NCBI GenBank assembly: GCA_965263355.1 | Contig: CBDHHL010000032.1 | Span: 544,001-608,000, forward strand | Direction: 5' to 3' | Origin: Leptolyngbyaceae cyanobacterium | Lineage (GTDB): Bacteria; Cyanobacteriota; Cyanobacteriia; Phormidesmidales; Phormidesmidaceae | Length of the DNA: 64,000 nt | Part shown: one piece after another, positions 60,354-64,000 of the stretch | How positions within the stretch are numbered: the stretch's first letter is position 1 | Layout: the number at the start of each line of letters is the position of its first letter | Program-made: the position numbers and the translations under genes | The notes under the pieces: model-generated | Database searches by the model: none | What the model was told of the DNA's origin: nothing | Seen by the model: only the letters and a program-made list of their open reading frames with translations

Positions 60354-62531
60354 CTAACCCGGTTTCTTCTCCGGTAGTAAACACTTATCTGAATCACAAC
60401 CAGCCGGGCCAGCTTCGATCAATTCCCCCGCATCATAGCTTTCCAGGGCCGCATGAAAGTTTTCGTTCGTCCGCCGAGCTAATACCTCACGGCAAAGTTC
60501 CTCATAGCGCGCCTTATCAATGGGCTCAAAGGGCAACCGTGGGAAAGTTTGTAAGTCGTCAAAACGCGCCAACAGTGCGGAGGAAATATAGCCTTCATCG
60601 TTTTCTATGGCCTGATGAATACGCTCAGCCAAAGGCTCGATCTCATGTTCACGAAACTCGATGGTGGCCGAGGTATTATGGGCAGTATAGTGTCGCTGCA
60701 CCTGCATATAGAAATCAAACTGGGCCAATGCCGAGAATTTTTCAATGGCCACTCTATCTGCTCCCGGTAGATTAGCCCAGGGAACTTCTACTGGCATTTC
60801 CACCAGCCACTCAGTACAGCGGGGATCAAACGGATCATTGAGCAGGTTACCCTGCTCGTCCTTGTCAGACTGGGACGGGATCACTGAGTAACCATAATCG
60901 ATACAGGCCAGTGCAACCGGATCGTCTTTGCGAAAAGTTATGCGGCGGATAAAGCGCTGAGACTTAGGAGGATGCCAGCCCGAAGAGGCACCGCTCAATA
61001 AACTCTTAGTCCCCGCAGGCTGAACCGTGGTGCAACGATTGGGACGCTGAATGCCATGGCGATCGCAATAGTCCCACACCGTTTCATGGACAATCGCCTT
61101 CCAACGGCTTAGATACTCTTGCTCTTTAGTCTTAAACTCCAGACCCTGCATCGTATCTGGACGACCGGCCTCCCACCAGTTAAGCCAGTCCACCCCAAAG
61201 GCCCGAACAAAAAAGTCAAACAGACCAGTAAAGGACACCCCAACAATGGGATCGTCCAGCCGCGACTGCTGATACCGGGGCTCAATAAATTGATGATTTA
61301 GTAGGACAGCAACAGCAATACCGCCAGCCCTGAACGCATCTTCCTGCTCTTGTAAATTCTTCGGATCAATCTGATTTAGGTGAATTTCAGCCAAATTGCA
61401 GTGAAAATTTTTCCCAAGGATTTCTCCACACGGGTTGAGTCCATAGCGTCCTTTGCCCTGGGCTCGACGCTCTGCTTCACCCGCCCACTGCAGTGCCCCC
61501 TCTCCCGAGTAAAACTGCTTACGTACCGCATTGACCATTTCCCCTAGTGAGGGCTTAGTATGAAATACTCTGGTATGATTAGCCATCCGCAGCGCATCTC
61601 GTTCGGGGTCAATGCGCCAGTTGCCCTCAACATCCTGCTGCCACAGGTTATCCTTAGCAGCGGCGGCTAATTCATCATGGCTATCAAACTGCCGCATTCC
61701 AGCTGACCTGCGGATGTTACCCGCCACAACACAGGCCGCTGCTTCATCGATCAGCAAACAGCACTCCACAGATGTGAGCTTACGTCCGATGGCCTGGTTC
61801 AAAATCGCAGCACAACGATTGTATAAACCCGGTAATTTCACTGGATTGGCCATACCGCCAAACCCCTTCAGCTTTTCTCCCGCAGGGCGCACATCGCTAA
61901 GATCAACTACAATCTCAACGTCTCCTGTGAAATACTCATTCGTGGAAAGCTCAAGGATTTTCTGATAAGAGGTAACCCAACCATTTCGGCTATCGCCCAC
62001 ACAAATGTTTACCCGATTGCCATCAATCGTTACATCTGTCTCTTCCCGACGCTGACCTTCGGGGGTAGTCCCGACTGTACCAGCCATGGTTACCAACAAT
62101 CGGTTACGAATCACCGGTAGCTGATCTATATACTTAGGCTCTAATACTGCACCGGTACCACAGCCCATCATGGCCAAATCCATCATCAGACCAAAGGCGC
62201 GCCAGTCCACCACGTCGGTACTGGTACAGTTATAGGCCCCAGAGAAATTTTTTGGCTGCTTACTCCATTCAGTGCCACCGACCCAAAGCCATCGACCCGA
62301 CGGTAGCGCCTTTAATTCCCGCTGCATGCGCCGTACCAAGGCCGTTTCCTCAGTGGTCAGCTGGCCTAGTTCGATGAGACCATCTAGGGTGCGATCGCAA
62401 ACGTCATACCAGGATTCCCGCTGCCCGTTATCCAAACGACGGCTGTAGGTACGGTAAAACACTGGGTAGGCCGCAGGCGCAGTTTCAGGAAAAGGCGTTT
62501 TTGTGCGTAGTCGTTCTAACTCTTGAACCAT
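60354..62531 (-). CDS. nrdJ: Adenosylcobalamin-dependent (class II) ribonucleoside-triphosphate reductase
   Basis: LPSGRWLW, YNC, NPCGE, VQPAGT and C-terminal GCDSDKC. No intein seen. Confidence 0.95.
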   Translation of the reverse strand: MVQELERLRTKTPFPETAPAAYPVFYRTYSRRLDNGQRESWYDVCDRTLDGLIELGQLTTEETALVRRMQRELKALPSGRWLWVGGTEWSKQPKNFSGAYNCTSTDVVDWRAFGLMMDLAMMGCGTGAVLEPKYIDQLPVIRNRLLVTMAGTVGTTPEGQRREETDVTIDGNRVNICVGDSRNGWVTSYQKILELSTNEYFTGDVEIVVDLSDVRPAGEKLKGFGGMANPVKLPGLYNRCAAILNQAIGRKLTSVECCLLIDEAAACVVAGNIRRSAGMRQFDSHDELAAAAKDNLWQQDVEGNWRIDPERDALRMANHTRVFHTKPSLGEMVNAVRKQFYSGEGALQWAGEAERRAQGKGRYGLNPCGEILGKNFHCNLAEIHLNQIDPKNLQEQEDAFRAGGIAVAVLLNHQFIEPRYQQSRLDDPIVGVSFTGLFDFFVRAFGVDWLNWWEAGRPDTMQGLEFKTKEQEYLSRWKAIVHETVWDYCDRHGIQRPNRCTTVQPAGTKSLLSGASSGWHPPKSQRFIRRITFRKDDPVALACIDYGYSVIPSQSDKDEQGNLLNDPFDPRCTEWLVEMPVEVPWANLPGADRVAIEKFSALAQFDFYMQVQRHYTAHNTSATIEFREHEIEPLAERIHQAIENDEGYISSALLARFDDLQTFPRLPFEPIDKARYEELCREVLARRTNENFHAALESYDAGELIEAGPAGCDSDKCLLPEKKPG

Positions 62532-62702
62532 TCGTCTGGATTTCCTTACGAATTTAGGGGTGTGAATGGGAGGTGGTCATTAGCGATGGGGCATCCACCA
62601 GCAATAGCCCAAACAGCACATATAGCGCTGAGAATGACCCCAACAATTGTTAATACTCTAAATATGCTCTAACGCATGGTCATAAAGCCTAGCACCCCTA
62701 AC

Positions 62703-62750
62703 CCAAAAAATCTAGCGTCGCACCGTCGGCGAAAACGCTAGATGTAGTGA
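62703..62750. promoter_or_regulatory. Tandem NrdR boxes upstream of nrdJ
   Basis: CCAAAAAATCTAGCGT (62703) and ACGCTAGATGTAGTGA (62735) are 32 bp apart and resemble the acaCtAtATaTaGtgt consensus. Confidence 0.65.
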
Positions 62751-63255
62751 TTTTTCAAGTTAATTAGAACGATTTTTGTGATTATGAGAACTAAACACGA
62801 CAAAAATCAGTCAGTTTCAACCAGCGAACTGATTGCTCCAATGCAATGACCGGCGCATGGGGGAGACATACCGTGGTCATATGATTATTATCAAGATAGG
62901 TGCATACACTTAATCACAAACCTAAGTTCAATCTCTTTACATCTCAATCAAAACCCAGGCCCATAGCATTGAGTTTTGGTTTCATGCTGAAGAAGTTAGA
63001 AACTTAAAACGGTCAAATAGCTTTAATCAACAAAGCTATGGCTAGATTGATCCGTCAGGTACAGATTAAGTTAACTGTAAACAAGCATGTAGTGATCAAC
63101 ACCTAAATCATGATTAGCCTGCTTAATGCTAGGGTTGGCGTGGTTCTGGTGGGTAGCAACGGTTCCCTATCTTACGATTGGTTAATTCCTGTTTAGGAGT
63201 TTGCTTAAATTAGTTCGACTTCTCTGTATCAAAGCTTTAAATCTACCAGTTGCCC

Positions 63256-64000
63256 ATGAGCCATCCACTAGTGTTGTCCTCTCGAACCATAGAGACAGTG
63301 CAACGGCCATGTGATTTTACAATCGCTATTTGTACCTACAACGGTGCTCACCGTATTCCAGCTGTTCTTGACCGACTACAGCGTCAGCTTGATGTTCAGA
63401 AGCTGTGCTGGGAAGTTTTTGTAATTGACAATAATAGCAGCGATGCCACAGCAGCAGTTGTCAAACGATATCAGCAGAACTGGCCATCTGATATTCCCCT
63501 GCGATATCACTTTGAAAAACGTCAAGGAGCTGCCTACGCTCGTCAGTTGGCTATGGAAAAAGCCAAAAGCGAGCTGGTCGGATTTTTAGACGATGATAAT
63601 TTACCCGCCGATAACTGGGTAGCCACAGCCTATCAGTTTGGGTGTACTCATCCTCATGTTGGAGCCTACGGTAGTCAAATCCATGGTCAATTTGAAGGAG
63701 CACTCCCTGAGGATTTTCATCGAATTCAGTCGTTTTTTGCCTTGACCCAGCGTGGTGAAAAGGCCCATGTCTATCAGCCTCGCCAGCGCGTATTGCCCCC
63801 ATCAGCAGGGCTAGTGGTACGACGCCAAGCTTGGTTAAACAATGTGCCAGGACAACTAATCTTAACAGGCCCCCATGATGAAAAAAGGCTTGCAGGCGAA
63901 GATCTAGAAGCCATCGCCTACATTCGTCGAGGCAATTGGGAAATTTGGCACAATCCAGCTATGAAGGTTTGTCATCAGATTCCCGCCCGTCGGTTACATC
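63256..64000 (+). CDS. Family 2 glycosyltransferase, HpsE-like (3' end outside window)
   Basis: DFTIAICTYNGA, IDNNSSD, QGAAYAR, FLDDDN and GEDLE. Absent from the ORF track because it has no stop within the window. Confidence 0.88.
   Translation, partial: MSHPLVLSSRTIETVQRPCDFTIAICTYNGAHRIPAVLDRLQRQLDVQKLCWEVFVIDNNSSDATAAVVKRYQQNWPSDIPLRYHFEKRQGAAYARQLAMEKAKSELVGFLDDDNLPADNWVATAYQFGCTHPHVGAYGSQIHGQFEGALPEDFHRIQSFFALTQRGEKAHVYQPRQRVLPPSAGLVVRRQAWLNNVPGQLILTGPHDEKRLAGEDLEAIAYIRRGNWEIWHNPAMKVCHQIPARRLH

Noticed and set aside
60354..62531. Intein or intron in nrdJ; cobalamin riboswitch upstream
   Set aside because: The NPCGE...HCNL region is continuous and the length is ordinary. I could not recognise riboswitch motifs by eye.
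16755..63802. Numerous 60-170 aa ORFs antisense to or nested in identified genes
   Set aside because: Shadow ORFs with no recognisable motifs.

Overview
This is cyanobacterial chromosomal DNA: HIP1 octamers (GCGATCGC) are frequent, and pxcA, DUF751, Uma2 and rbp-rpsU are present. It probably comes from a filamentous Leptolyngbya-like organism (inference). Positions ~15.7-64 kb are mostly housekeeping genes: rbp, rpsU, carB, aroE, trpB, rnd, rfbFGC, rbfA, dam, pxcA, apt, ABC-F, nrdJ and a glycosyltransferase. The first ~15.5 kb is accessory. It holds an IS66 element, several decayed genes, and a divergent locus. One arm of that locus encodes a lysozyme-like/peptidase-M15 protein and a five-TIR/CHASE2 membrane protein. 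The other arm encodes a SLATT(DUF4231)-GH19 fusion and a TRPM-like SLOG (LSDAT) protein. This locus is the best candidate for an undescribed TIR-SLOG-SLATT signalling or defence system coupled to peptidoglycan hydrolases. Other notable items are a fused MNT-HEPN gene, a 24-bp in-frame repeat insertion, a 27-bp tandem hairpin repeat next to an RHH-like/M23 gene, tandem NrdR boxes, and repeated gene decay by internal deletion or frameshift. All domain calls come from reading motifs by eye; no searches were run.
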